Shown: in pieces, positions 27,340 to 36,992 of the stretch
How the letters are laid out: every line of letters begins with the position of its first letter
How positions within the stretch are numbered: position 1 is the first letter of the stretch
Source of the DNA: a virus
Taxonomy: Duplodnaviria; Caudoviricetes
Reading direction: 5' to 3' (one strand)
DNA: 64,000 nt
Virus record (IMG/VR): IMGVR_UViG_2513237176_000002
Made by a program: the position numbers and the translations under genes
Notes under the pieces: generated by a model
Database searches by the model: none
Seen by the model: the letters and a program-made list of their open reading frames with translations, nothing else
What the model was told of the DNA's origin: nothing

Positions 27340-27708
27340 TCAGGCCCCCTGTCCAGCAATGAACATGGCGCCGCCGCGCTGCCGCCGATGCGCCTTCCGA
27401 GCTGAGATGAGCGCGTCCGTCGCGGCCTGGTAGGCGGCGAGGGTGCCATCGCCGGGGTCACCGAGGTAAGCGGCCTGCGCGGCGATGTACTGCTCACTGG
27501 CGTCCGCGATGCGCTGGCTCATGTAGTCCGACACGCGCTTCGAGTCGTCCCCGTTCGGCCCCGCCGGCGGGTTCTCCGCAACCAGCGCGGTTACCGCCTC
27601 GTGCTTGTACGGGAAGTGTTCGTCGGGGTCGGCAAGCCGCCCGGCGCGAATCAGCGCCTGGGCTTGGACCACCGCATCCTGATAGGACTGCGGGTTATTG
27701 CCGGTCAT
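27340..27708 (-). CDS. Hypothetical protein
   Basis: RBS AGGAG, 122 aa. Confidence 0.65.
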   Translation of the reverse strand: MTGNNPQSYQDAVVQAQALIRAGRLADPDEHFPYKHEAVTALVAENPPAGPNGDDSKRVSDYMSQRIADASEQYIAAQAAYLGDPGDGTLAAYQAATDALISARKAHRRQRGGAMFIAGQGA

Positions 27709-27928
27709 TGGTTCTCCTCACCCGGACGGCGCGGACAGTGGCGGGCCGAACCGTCGCATCAACGCGGTCGCCCTTGGCGTGTTCAGTGGTGGTGGTCCCG
27801 GCCTCGTCGGTGGTGGCCTTCCACGGCACCCCGGTCTCCGGATGCTGGCGGCCTTCCCGGACGGTCGAGCCGGACCGGCGGGAGATAATCCCGATGCCCA
27901 ACAGCCGGTCACGGTACGGATTCGACAC
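27695..27928 (-). CDS. Hypothetical protein
   Basis: GTG start after AAGGGG; 77 aa. Confidence 0.55.
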   Translation of the reverse strand: MSNPYRDRLLGIGIISRRSGSTVREGRQHPETGVPWKATTDEAGTTTTEHAKGDRVDATVRPATVRAVRVRRTNDRQ

Positions 27929-27984
27929 GGCAACCCCCTTGGTGGCAGTCCCTACACTCGGAAACCCGACCGGAGGGCAGCGCG

Positions 27985-28623
27985 TTGGCGGACAAGCTGC
28001 AGAAAGCGCGGGCACAACGGCCCGCAATCACCGTTCACATGGCACCGCCCGAGCCCGCGGGGGAACGGTCCCGCTGGGTGGAATGGCTGAGCCTCACCAT
28101 CGCCGTCGCCGCCATGGCAGTCGCCGGCATGACCTACCTCGATCAGCGGGACGTCAACTCGATCACCGAGGCACGCAACGAACGCCGGTACGCAGACCGG
28201 GTTGCGTGGTGGACGGAGGGCAGCTCGACTATCCTCCACGGCCCCAACGAGACCGTGCTGATGCTGCAGAACCGCACACCCACCCCCGTACGCGGGGTGG
28301 TCATCGAAATTTCCCTGATCACTGCAGGTGAGTCCGGCGTCAAACCCACATCGGAGCGAAGCGGGATATCCGGACCGGACGTGCCGCCCTGCAAAATCTT
28401 GCGGGTTCCTCTCCGAACTCGCGGCGACGACACCTTCTTCATCCCGAGGGCGGTGCACTTCGTTGACAGCGAGGGCCGCGGCTGGCGCAGAGACGACAAC
28501 GGCGCGCTGTCCGCCGAAGACCCTCCTGACGCCTCGTTCACGGCGGATGGCCCCGTCTTCACAAAAATCTGGGGATTCGTCGCTGCGGGAGAGTCACCCG
28601 CCGAGGACTGCACGGACGCTTGA
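27985..28623 (+). CDS. Membrane-anchored moron protein
   Basis: One TM helix, opposite strand inside the late operon, hairpin after the stop. Confidence 0.65.
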   Translation: MADKLQKARAQRPAITVHMAPPEPAGERSRWVEWLSLTIAVAAMAVAGMTYLDQRDVNSITEARNERRYADRVAWWTEGSSTILHGPNETVLMLQNRTPTPVRGVVIEISLITAGESGVKPTSERSGISGPDVPPCKILRVPLRTRGDDTFFIPRAVHFVDSEGRGWRRDDNGALSAEDPPDASFTADGPVFTKIWGFVAAGESPAEDCTDA

Positions 28624-28626
28624 GGC

Positions 28627-28660
28627 GCGGGCCGGCCACCCGTCCCAGAGACCGGCCCGC
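28627..28660. terminator. Hairpin between convergent genes
   Basis: GCGGGCCGG...CCGGCCCGC. Confidence 0.6.
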
Positions 28661-28664
28661 GGGT

Positions 28665-29225
28665 TCAGGATTTCTGCTGCTCGGCCAGCTTGATCAGGTC
28701 GGCCTTGTCCACGGACTGAACGTCCTCGTACCGGCTCCCGCGAGAGACCAGGTACTCGACCCACACCGCCTGGGACGCCCGGCCATCCGGGGCCTTGCCG
28801 CCGAGCTCGGCCAGCTTCGCCTTGGCGGCGGCCCGCTTGGCGTCCACCTCGCTGGCGTTCGACGCTTCCCGCGGCGACTCTGCGGCCTTGTCGATGCCAC
28901 TCTCGGCGCGAACCGCAGAAGCCACCTCGGCCGACACGTCAGAGGCAGGCGTGCCCGGCTCCTGGGCCGGCTTGCCCTGAAGGCTCTCCGTCGTCACCGA
29001 GTCCAGGCCGCGGGCCGGGTCCTGCGGCACGGACGCGTTCGGGGCGATCGGCTCCTCACCCGGCTCCGCCACAAACCCGCCCTCGAGCAGGAACTCCAGC
29101 CGCTTCGGGTCCACGCCGTCGGGCAGGAACGCACCCTTGTACAGCAGGTGCGTGGCGGTGACTCCGCTGTGATCGGTGACCGGCACGTGCGCGCACTCGG
29201 CGATCACCTGGTAGCGGGCGCCCAT
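28665..29225 (-). CDS. Post-capsid protein with a C-terminal small helical (HeH/SAP-like) domain
   Basis: APDGRASQAVWVEYL...KADLI; coupled to the capsid gene. Confidence 0.65.
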   Translation of the reverse strand: MGARYQVIAECAHVPVTDHSGVTATHLLYKGAFLPDGVDPKRLEFLLEGGFVAEPGEEPIAPNASVPQDPARGLDSVTTESLQGKPAQEPGTPASDVSAEVASAVRAESGIDKAAESPREASNASEVDAKRAAAKAKLAELGGKAPDGRASQAVWVEYLVSRGSRYEDVQSVDKADLIKLAEQQKS

Positions 29226-30166
29226 CAGGCGGTCCCGGTGCCGGTCAGCTTCACACCGGCGAGCGGGTCGGTGATGACCGGGACGGTGATGCGCCGGCCC
29301 CACATGTGCCACACGTCGCGTTCGGGCACCCGACGGGTCTGGACCTGGATGCCGTTCTCGGCGGTCGCGTAGCCGGGGTCGAGGTTCGCCTCATCGGCCA
29401 TACCGCCGATCGCGCGGGAGTCGAACACCCACACGTCGTCGGTGCCGCCGGGCATGTTCGCGATCGGCGTGGTGAGCACCTTCAGGCCGGCGATCCGGTC
29501 GATGACACCGCCGTACACCGGGTTGTCGGTCGTCTCCCGCTTCCGCAGCGTGGCGATCTTGTCGTCGGACGCCAGGTACGCGTACTTCGCGTCGGTGATC
29601 AGGATCGTGTCTGCCCGGTAGCCCATCTCCCGGCCGGCGACCCGCGCCTTGCCCTTCTCGACGTCGAGGAGCATCTTCGGCGTGGTGCCGGTCCAGTCCG
29701 ACGCCGTCAGGGTGTCGGTGACCGCCGACGCGAACGCGGCAATCGCCAGCCGGTCGATCTTCTGGGTGACGGTGTTCGACAGCACCCGCAGCGCCCAGTC
29801 GACGGCGTTGCCCATCGGGATCGACCGCTTGATGCGCTCGTCGGTGAGCTCGGTCGCCTGACCCCACTTCGACACGGCGGCGAGGGCGGCCGTGCCGGAC
29901 TGCGGCAGCGCCCGCGGGTACTCGCTGCCCGGACCGACTGCGGTGACGCTGCGGTTGGTGAACAGCGGCTGGTCGTTGATCTCGTACTGGACGGCGCCGC
30001 CGCTGGTACGGAACCGGGCCGGCAGCAGCTCGTCGGCGATGAACCCGATGTCATCGAGCGCCTTCAGGCGGCGCTCGATCAGTGCCGGGTTGGCGAGTAG
30101 CCGGTTGATGGTGAGCAGGTCACCCGACAGAGTTGCCGGGGCCGGCGGATAGGTCTGGAGAGGCAT
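29225..30166 (-). CDS. Major capsid protein
   Basis: 313 aa, VGPGSEYP and KWG...TDE motifs; position. Confidence 0.88.
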   Translation of the reverse strand: MPLQTYPPAPATLSGDLLTINRLLANPALIERRLKALDDIGFIADELLPARFRTSGGAVQYEINDQPLFTNRSVTAVGPGSEYPRALPQSGTAALAAVSKWGQATELTDERIKRSIPMGNAVDWALRVLSNTVTQKIDRLAIAAFASAVTDTLTASDWTGTTPKMLLDVEKGKARVAGREMGYRADTILITDAKYAYLASDDKIATLRKRETTDNPVYGGVIDRIAGLKVLTTPIANMPGGTDDVWVFDSRAIGGMADEANLDPGYATAENGIQVQTRRVPERDVWHMWGRRITVPVITDPLAGVKLTGTGTA

Positions 30167-30279
30167 CAGCCTGTCCCCTTTCGCCCTGCGTTGGGCATGA
30201 AAAACCCCGCACGCAGGGCGCCGGGGAAAGGTCTGGTGAGGTGGTGCTATTCAGTTGTGCCGGGCGGTCGGGATGCTGG

Positions 30280-30639
30280 TCAGCACTCCATCCAGGTGAC
30301 CAGGGCGCCGTCTGCGGCGGTGGTCATGGCGATGCCGATGTTGCCGAGCCCGGCCGCCGCCGAGGCGACGGTGCCGTTCGCGGCGGCGTTCACCCGCGCG
30401 GCGGCGGTGATCGCACCGGACGCGACGGAGATGTGGACCTGGCCGCGGCCGTGGTAGGTGACGTTCGTGCCGGATCCGGCGTCGTGGGCGGCGGTGCCGA
30501 CGACTGCGTTCGAGTCGGCGGCGGCGTGCGCGACGGTGCCGTTCCCGGACACCATCAGCTGCCGGCCGCCGGTGACGGCTCCTGAGGTGACGCCGGTGAT
30601 CGCGTCACCGGGCATGTACAGCGGGGCGTAGTCAGCCAT
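30280..30639 (-). CDS. Capsid decoration or cement protein (DUF2190-like)
   Basis: MADYAPLYMPG...VGTAAHDA...GIAMTTAADG. Confidence 0.75.
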   Translation of the reverse strand: MADYAPLYMPGDAITGVTSGAVTGGRQLMVSGNGTVAHAAADSNAVVGTAAHDAGSGTNVTYHGRGQVHISVASGAITAAARVNAAANGTVASAAAGLGNIGIAMTTAADGALVTWMEC

Positions 30640-32516
30640 CAGGCACCTGCCTTCTCGCCGAACAGGCGGGCGTACTCGGCGTCGTCGAATGACGCGCCAC
30701 CGGTCGGTTCCGGGCCGCCGGCCGTGCCGGACGCGGCGACCGGAACAGCGGTGCCGGGGGCGATGGACGCGAGAACGCGGGTGATCGCGCCGGGCGCCTC
30801 GTCGTAGTCGGTTTCCCACTGCGCCTTGTCAGCGGGCTTGATCTTGCCGTCCTTGACCGCAGCGTCGATCACACTGGCCTTGACGGTGGCAGCCTGCTCG
30901 GCCTTCGCCGAGGCGAGCTCGTCCGACATCGTCTTCACCTGGGACGCCAGAACCTGGACTTCCTTGGCGAGCTCCGTCTTCTCCTGTTCGGCCTTCTGCG
31001 CCTTCTCGGTAGCGGCAGCCGACGCGGCAACCATCTCCGGCGTCGGTTCGGGGGTGATGTTCTCGGCCTCGGTCAGCCGCGCCGCGTACGCCGTGAGCAC
31101 GGCATCCTGGTCGGCGTCGTCGGACAGGCCGAGCCGCGAGCGGTGTGCGCTCAGATCGGTGGTGGACACAGGGTCCTCCTCCTTCGGTTCGGGGTTAACG
31201 TGCTCCGGCTCGGCGGCCGGGAGAATGGGCGCCGGATCGTCCGGCGAGGGAGCGGCGGGCTCGGATGCTTTGACCTTCTGGTTCGGCGTGTGCCCGAAGT
31301 GCTCGCGGTACCAGTCGGAGGCGATCCGTTTCGCTTTGCCGGGGTTCCCGACGTGCTTGGCGATCAGCCGGTACAGGGTGGTCCACGGATGCTTCGCGCC
31401 CGCCCACCGCTTCAGGCCTTCACCCAGCCAGTACCGCTTCAACTGGTCGTCGTCACCGGCCGCTGCGGCGACGGGCTCGCTGTCGAGGTCGTCGGGTTCG
31501 CTGATCAGCGGGATGTCGACGCGTTCGCCGGCGAACGCCAGCCGCAGCCGGTCGAACCGGACCGGGCCGACCTTCTCTGCCAGCTTCCCGACCTGGGTCA
31601 GGTCGCTGGTGTAGGCGGCTGTCATGTGGGCGTGCCACGGCCGGTGCTGTTCGGGCATCGGCACCGACCACAGCGCCTCGGACACGAGGGTGTGGACGGC
31701 GTCGAGGAGGTCACCGGACAGGCCCCATACGAGGCAGGTGTCCCGGTCGGGTTCCGCATTGCCGGGGTTGAACACGTTGACCGAGAACAGGTCGGCGCCG
31801 ATGACGGGCAGCCCGTTCGCGGCGGTGGATACCGCGTCGATGACGTCCTGCTGGCCCTGCACACCGAGGTCGGCGGCCTCACCGAGGTAGGCGAGGGTGA
31901 CGTGCAAGGCGTCAGCGGGTTCGCCGCCGTTGACGGCGATCCGTTCGGCGTCCTCAGCGGTGGGGATCAGGGCGACCATCGCGCCCGTGTGCTCGACGGC
32001 CTCGGCGGCGAGGATCGTGACCTGCACATGCTCCGCGCCGTCCGGAACCACAGCATCGGCGGCGGCAACACCGAGCATCGCAGGTAGGTCGTTGAGCCGG
32101 CGGATCGTCTTCACCGCGGGCGGGGTGACGCCGAGCAGTGCCACGGCGGTCAGGACGAACTTGTGCTTGTGGCCGCTTCCGCAGGTGTGGTTGTAGTTGC
32201 CCTCGATCGACCGGGACGGGTAGGCGGCGGCCTGCACAGAATGCAGCCACGGCAGGGTCACCTGGTCGCCGACGAGGGTGTGGCCGCCGTCGGTGAGGCG
32301 AAGGTTCTCGAAGTAGCCCATCGCCGGTTCGCCGTCGAAACGCTTGTCGATGTGGCCGAGCTTGATGACAGGCTTCTCGACAGCGGGGCAGGACTGTGCT
32401 TCGACGGCGGCGGCCAGATCTTCAGGTGTCGGGTTCCACGACCCGGACATGGTGGCCCAGTTGCCGGTCTTGACCAGTTCAACGCCTTCACGGCGGGCGA
32501 GTTCGATATCAGGCAT
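30639..32516 (-). CDS. Mu-like prohead protease/scaffold with an inserted 2H phosphoesterase domain
   Basis: VELVKTG.W, KLGH, YPSRSIE and LTAVALLG protease motifs; HVTL and HMTA 2H motifs; internal RBS AAGGAGGAGG and GTG at 31169 for the scaffold. Confidence 0.85.
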   Translation of the reverse strand: MPDIELARREGVELVKTGNWATMSGSWNPTPEDLAAAVEAQSCPAVEKPVIKLGHIDKRFDGEPAMGYFENLRLTDGGHTLVGDQVTLPWLHSVQAAAYPSRSIEGNYNHTCGSGHKHKFVLTAVALLGVTPPAVKTIRRLNDLPAMLGVAAADAVVPDGAEHVQVTILAAEAVEHTGAMVALIPTAEDAERIAVNGGEPADALHVTLAYLGEAADLGVQGQQDVIDAVSTAANGLPVIGADLFSVNVFNPGNAEPDRDTCLVWGLSGDLLDAVHTLVSEALWSVPMPEQHRPWHAHMTAAYTSDLTQVGKLAEKVGPVRFDRLRLAFAGERVDIPLISEPDDLDSEPVAAAAGDDDQLKRYWLGEGLKRWAGAKHPWTTLYRLIAKHVGNPGKAKRIASDWYREHFGHTPNQKVKASEPAAPSPDDPAPILPAAEPEHVNPEPKEEDPVSTTDLSAHRSRLGLSDDADQDAVLTAYAARLTEAENITPEPTPEMVAASAAATEKAQKAEQEKTELAKEVQVLASQVKTMSDELASAKAEQAATVKASVIDAAVKDGKIKPADKAQWETDYDEAPGAITRVLASIAPGTAVPVAASGTAGGPEPTGGASFDDAEYARLFGEKAGA

Positions 32517-32527
32517 CGCTCACCGCC

Positions 32528-32806
32528 TCAGACCCGTTCCGGCCAGTGCCACGTGCCACCCGGCCAATTGCCGGGCCCGGCCTCGTTGTTCGCGCCGCCA
32601 CCCTCGCCGGTGTAGTAGCAGTCCTGGTTGAGGAAAACACCCGTCGGGTTCATCACGAACAGATCGACCGTTGTGTCGTTCTTGACGGCGGTGATGACCG
32701 CCGCGCGGCACTCCGACTTGAACGCCTGGGTCCCATCCGGGCGGACAGGGCTGCCGTGGGAAACGTAGTGCACAATGCGGCCGACGCTGGGCTTCTGGAA
32801 CTCCAC
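32528..32806 (-). CDS. Hypothetical phage protein (KPSVGRIVHY family)
   Basis: RBS AAGGAGG; PSVGRIVHYV...RAAVIT...WHWPERV. Confidence 0.7.
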   Translation of the reverse strand: MEFQKPSVGRIVHYVSHGSPVRPDGTQAFKSECRAAVITAVKNDTTVDLFVMNPTGVFLNQDCYYTGEGGGANNEAGPGNWPGGTWHWPERV

Positions 32807-32825
32807 ACCGGCCTCCTTTCGGAAG

Positions 32826-32955
32826 TCGGGTCGTGGTGTACCGGCTAAAGTCGGCGTGAAGTGGAAGCACGCCCGCTGAACCACAGGGCGGGAGGTCCGG
32901 TTCGAGTCCGCCTCCGCGTGCGGCTTTCTAGGAGTGGTGTAACCCGGTCGGCTTG
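32826..32955 (+). pseudogene. Degenerate tRNA-like sequence
   Basis: D-arm-like GTGAAGTGGAAGCAC, stem CCCGC/GCGGG, GGTTCGAGTCC; no acceptor stem; 11-nt anticodon loop. Confidence 0.35.
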
Positions 32956-32977
32956 CCGCAGCGCTGGCCGGGGCTTC

Positions 32978-35071
32978 TCACCACACGGGTTGCACAAAGC
33001 CTCTGCAACGGCCTCGTCCGTCGCAGGCGCGGAACGAACCGCCGCCCGGATAGTCGACAAGCGCATCCCGCAAGGTCACGTACGACTGCTTGCTCACTTC
33101 CCGGCAGGGGCTGCAGGTCGCTCGGTCCAGGGTTTCGTTCGAGCGGTAGGACCGGGCTGGATGTTCTTCAAGGACAGCCAGGCGGCCAGCAAACTGGCCG
33201 GCCGATAGCAGCGAGCCGATGTTGTCGCCGACCAGCCCATTCACCGACGTACCGAGCTCGGTGAGGTGCCGTTCAACTTCGTCCCGTACCTCCTGCGGGC
33301 CGACGCCGGCGAGCTGCAGCCCGGTTCGGGCGGCTCCGGACGCGTACCCGGCGGCGATGATCCGGGCAACCGCGTCCGCGTGCTGAACGACGCGGTCCGC
33401 GCCGGGCTGGTCCGGTGCGGTGATGTCGGTGCCCTGCGCGGCGGCTTCCGCCACCACCCCTGCGGCGGCGTCCGCGGCGAGGTCGGTGCCCGACTTGCGC
33501 AGCGGCACCGCAAGCGCGGCGACCACACCTGCTGAAACCTGCAGTTGGCCGAGCAGCGCCAGGTCCCCGACGTCGACAGCCGCACGCGCCTGATCGGCCA
33601 GCTCGGCAACCATCGGTGCGGCGAGTTTCGGCCAGCGCCGCAACAGGCGAGCCTTGACCGCATCCCACTGCTGCTGGATGCGGGCCGCCGCGTCTTCGTC
33701 GTCACCGAACAGGGACGGCTGGTTCTGCTTCCGCCGACGCGGCGACCGGGGCCGGGCCGCAGCAGCAACCTTGCCGACGTCGGATTCCAGCTCAGGATTG
33801 TCGTCCTTCGGCAGGTCCACACCCGGCGCCGTGGCCTTCGGTTTCGCCATGCCCTCGCGTTCCGGGAGCCGCCACTCGCGGCGGATCCACGCCTCAAGGG
33901 CAGGGTCCGCCGCGAGCCCCCCGGAGGCAAGCAGCATCTGCAGCGCTTCGGCCGTGACTTCCCGGCGGGAGCCGACGCCGGACACCACGATGCGGGGGAC
34001 GGGTTCGTCTTCGCCCCAATTCCAGTCGACGATCCGCGCGGCGATCTGCCGGGTGGCGACGTCGGCAACGAACTCGGCCTCAGCTTCGAGGGCGAGGAGC
34101 AGGGCGTCGACGAACACACTGGCGGTGGCGCGGGAGCCGTGCGGGGTTTCGCCGAGCTCGAACGCGTTCATCAACGCCGACGCGGCGCACTGCTGATCGA
34201 GCCAGCGCAGGAACTCCTGCGTAGGTGGCAGGCTGCCGGTGATCCCGAGGATTTTCATGACGAAGCCGGGCGGGGTCGCAGCACCGGCGGAGATGCCGGC
34301 GCGGGCGGCCTGCGCAACTTCGGCGGCCTCACCCATCTGCGCCTGCGTCGGGTTCGTGCCGGGCAGCGCTTCGAGGACGGGGACGCCGGCGGACCAGCGG
34401 ACGTTGGCGACGGCGAACGCCCGCCGAACCTCCTCCTTGATCAGCCACGAAGCATATGAAGGACGAAGGAGGGACGTGCCCGCCCAGTTCGAGCCCTCAC
34501 GCTCACGCGCGTACCAGGCCAGGTTATTCGCCGGCATCTGCGGCGTGTGCAGGTTCGCCAGGCCGTCCTGGGTGGCGCCGGTCAGCAGGCCGGTTTTCCC
34601 GTCGGTGTGGATGTGGGAGATCGTCCACTGCGGGCGCTCCCACAACCCGGCCAGCCGCGCCGTACCGTCCGACACGTCGGCTTCGAGTTCGAACGCGGAG
34701 AACCCGAACGGCACCATGCGGAACACCGACCGCAAGTGGTCACCCCACGACACCCCGCGCAAACGGGCAGGACCGGGCGTCTCGTCCCGGCCCTTGATAG
34801 GCAGGCCGAGGCCGTCAGCGACCGCCGCGACCACCGGGGGGCGGCAGCCCGCCGGGTCCAGCTGCCACTGGGCGCGCAGCAGGTTCAGAATCCATCCCTG
34901 CTGAATGCTGGACAGCTTCGGGTCGCGGCGCATCTTCGAATACACCGGGATGCTCAGCGGGAACGTCAGATCCGGGACGTGCTCGAGAACGTCCAGGTAC
35001 AGCGACGCGTAGCTGTCGTTGCCGAGGCGGTACGGGTCGACGTAGCCACGCGTGCTGGTCGGGGCGGTCAC
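32978..35071 (-). CDS. Portal protein (DUF935/Mu gp29-like) fused to a MuF-like minor head C-terminus
   Basis: YSKMRRDP, FGFSAFE and GTSLLRP motifs; C-terminal LDRATCSPC...CDGRGRCRG. Confidence 0.85.
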   Translation of the reverse strand: MTAPTSTRGYVDPYRLGNDSYASLYLDVLEHVPDLTFPLSIPVYSKMRRDPKLSSIQQGWILNLLRAQWQLDPAGCRPPVVAAVADGLGLPIKGRDETPGPARLRGVSWGDHLRSVFRMVPFGFSAFELEADVSDGTARLAGLWERPQWTISHIHTDGKTGLLTGATQDGLANLHTPQMPANNLAWYAREREGSNWAGTSLLRPSYASWLIKEEVRRAFAVANVRWSAGVPVLEALPGTNPTQAQMGEAAEVAQAARAGISAGAATPPGFVMKILGITGSLPPTQEFLRWLDQQCAASALMNAFELGETPHGSRATASVFVDALLLALEAEAEFVADVATRQIAARIVDWNWGEDEPVPRIVVSGVGSRREVTAEALQMLLASGGLAADPALEAWIRREWRLPEREGMAKPKATAPGVDLPKDDNPELESDVGKVAAAARPRSPRRRKQNQPSLFGDDEDAAARIQQQWDAVKARLLRRWPKLAAPMVAELADQARAAVDVGDLALLGQLQVSAGVVAALAVPLRKSGTDLAADAAAGVVAEAAAQGTDITAPDQPGADRVVQHADAVARIIAAGYASGAARTGLQLAGVGPQEVRDEVERHLTELGTSVNGLVGDNIGSLLSAGQFAGRLAVLEEHPARSYRSNETLDRATCSPCREVSKQSYVTLRDALVDYPGGGSFRACDGRGRCRGFVQPVW

Positions 35072-35087
35072 GGGACCACCACCTCAA

Positions 35088-36377
35088 TCACATCGCCGCG
35101 CTCATCAGATCAACTTCACCGGGCGCTTGCACGCGGCGGGGGTACTGGATGCCGTTCGGCCGGCGCCACGCGCCCTCAGTCGTCCGCACGATGTACCTCA
35201 GCGCATCCACGCTGTGATCCGCATCCTTGATCGGGGCATCCACGCCCTGCTTGGCGAGCTTCGGATCCCACGAATACGACGGCAACTCGTCCAGCAGCGC
35301 CTTACACGAACGGTGCACCCGCAACTTGCCGGCCGCCATCACCGACGACACCGTGCGGATCCCATCGAGCACCGCGTTGTCGGCCGGTGTGGGGGAGATG
35401 CCGTCGCGCTGCAACTGCTGCATGAACGAAGCCGCCGACGGGTCCACAACCACCGACTCGGGCTGCACACCGCACCCGGCAAGCCAGGTACGCAGCCGCA
35501 GCGAATACTCCGCGTCGGTCAACTGGCGCAAGGTCAGCTTCGCGTCGTACCGGAACTCCGACGCCACGTACAGGGTTTGCGAGGCGTCCATGCCGACCAG
35601 CAGCGCCGAGAACGCGTTCGACGTGCCGTAGTCGATACCGACACCGAGCCACCGCCAGATCGGCGGGACCTCGTCGATGACGTACCGGTCGGCGTCCCAC
35701 ATGTCGTAGATGGCGCCTTCGGCCATGCACCACTCGCCGAGCACGAACCGCCGGTAGAAGACTCCGACGTTCTCGGCTTTGATCGCCGCCACGTACTCCG
35801 GGGTGAGGGCCGGGTTGTCGTCGAGGGTGAAGTGGAAGTGCGCCAGGTCCAGTTCGCCGGCGCGGAGGATGAAGTTCTTCCGCAGCCAGTGGCCGGGCCC
35901 GTCCGGGTTCGTCGTCAGCAAAGCTTTCGCACCTGGCACCGACAGGCGGGCCAGCATCTGCGAGAAGAAGCCCTCCGGCACCAGGGTCGCCTCATCAAGC
36001 AACGCCAGGCAGGCCGTGAGGCCACGCAGCCGACCCTCCGCGCGGGCATCCGACGCACCGATCAGATGCACGGTGCGGCCGAGGATGGTTGCGGTGGGCG
36101 CGCCGCGGGTGTGATGCACGTGGTCGGCGATCGGCCCGAACAGCGCCGGGTCCTGCATCGGTTCGAGAATGTTGCGTTCGATCGTCTGCAGCGTGCGCCC
36201 GCAAATCAGCACCAGCCCTGTCTGCGGCGCCCGCGACAGGTGGATCAGGAACGCCACCAGCGACCCGATGGTCTTCCCGCTGCGCACCGCACCCGACCAC
36301 AGGGTCACGCGGGCATCAAACGACGCGGCGATCGACAGCACCTGCTTGCGGGACATCGGCAGGTGGTCGAGATTCAC
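35088..36377 (-). CDS. terL: Terminase large subunit (PBSX-like)
   Basis: GAVRSGKT, LLDEAT, TTNPD, GIDYG, VDPSA and DHSVDALRY. Confidence 0.95.
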   Translation of the reverse strand: MNLDHLPMSRKQVLSIAASFDARVTLWSGAVRSGKTIGSLVAFLIHLSRAPQTGLVLICGRTLQTIERNILEPMQDPALFGPIADHVHHTRGAPTATILGRTVHLIGASDARAEGRLRGLTACLALLDEATLVPEGFFSQMLARLSVPGAKALLTTNPDGPGHWLRKNFILRAGELDLAHFHFTLDDNPALTPEYVAAIKAENVGVFYRRFVLGEWCMAEGAIYDMWDADRYVIDEVPPIWRWLGVGIDYGTSNAFSALLVGMDASQTLYVASEFRYDAKLTLRQLTDAEYSLRLRTWLAGCGVQPESVVVDPSAASFMQQLQRDGISPTPADNAVLDGIRTVSSVMAAGKLRVHRSCKALLDELPSYSWDPKLAKQGVDAPIKDADHSVDALRYIVRTTEGAWRRPNGIQYPRRVQAPGEVDLMSAAM

Positions 36378-36871
36378 TGGCTCGCTTCCCGCGCGGCCTG
36401 CCCGATCGCCTCCGCCAGATCACCCAGCATCGAGCGGGCGCCCTCGTCGCCGCGGTCGGCGTCCAACTTCTCAAGTTCAGCGTGCCGCTGCAGGCTGATA
36501 CCGATCGCCACGTACGCCTCTTTCGCCTCCTTCAGCGGAGGCAGGTCAAGGGTGACGAGTTCGGGGCCGTCGCTGCCGCGCTCGTAGTACGTGTACTTCG
36601 ACCAGGCGCGTTCCCGGAAACGGGCCACGTCGTCGAGCAGGTCAGAAGCGATCTGCGCCCGCCGGGAGCGGTTGTCCGCTACGACCGCACGGGTGGCGTT
36701 TTCGGTCTGTGTCCGGGAGAACGCGTCCTTGATGCCGGCTTCGTTGGCGAGTTTGCCGACGGTGGGGGCGCTTACGCCGTGGTCTCGGCCGATCTGGGCG
36801 CGGCTCTTGGTGCCGGCTTTGATGTCGGCGAGGATCGCGGCGCGTTTATCGTCGGGGATGCGGGGCGGCAC
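36374..36871 (-). CDS. terS: Terminase small subunit
   Basis: N-terminal HTH; overlaps the terL start. Confidence 0.8.
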   Translation of the reverse strand: MPPRIPDDKRAAILADIKAGTKSRAQIGRDHGVSAPTVGKLANEAGIKDAFSRTQTENATRAVVADNRSRRAQIASDLLDDVARFRERAWSKYTYYERGSDGPELVTLDLPPLKEAKEAYVAIGISLQRHAELEKLDADRGDEGARSMLGDLAEAIGQAAREASQ

Positions 36872-36992
36872 ACATTCACCCCGCATATCTACGCAGTGTT
36901 ACTGGCGGATGGTGTCGGCCCGAGGATCTCGGCTCTTCGGTGACTGTGTGTTGCTGGGGTGGCCCGCAGGTTGGGGTCTGCGGGCCACGTTC

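Noticed and set aside
32826-32955. Functional tRNA gene
   Set aside because: No paired acceptor stem, 11-nt anticodon loop and short T-stem. Kept only as a tRNA-like remnant.
35052-36587. Long plus-strand ORFs (also 50149-51726, 54622-56064, 17182-18390)
   Set aside because: Antisense shadows of well-supported minus-strand genes, as expected in high-GC DNA.
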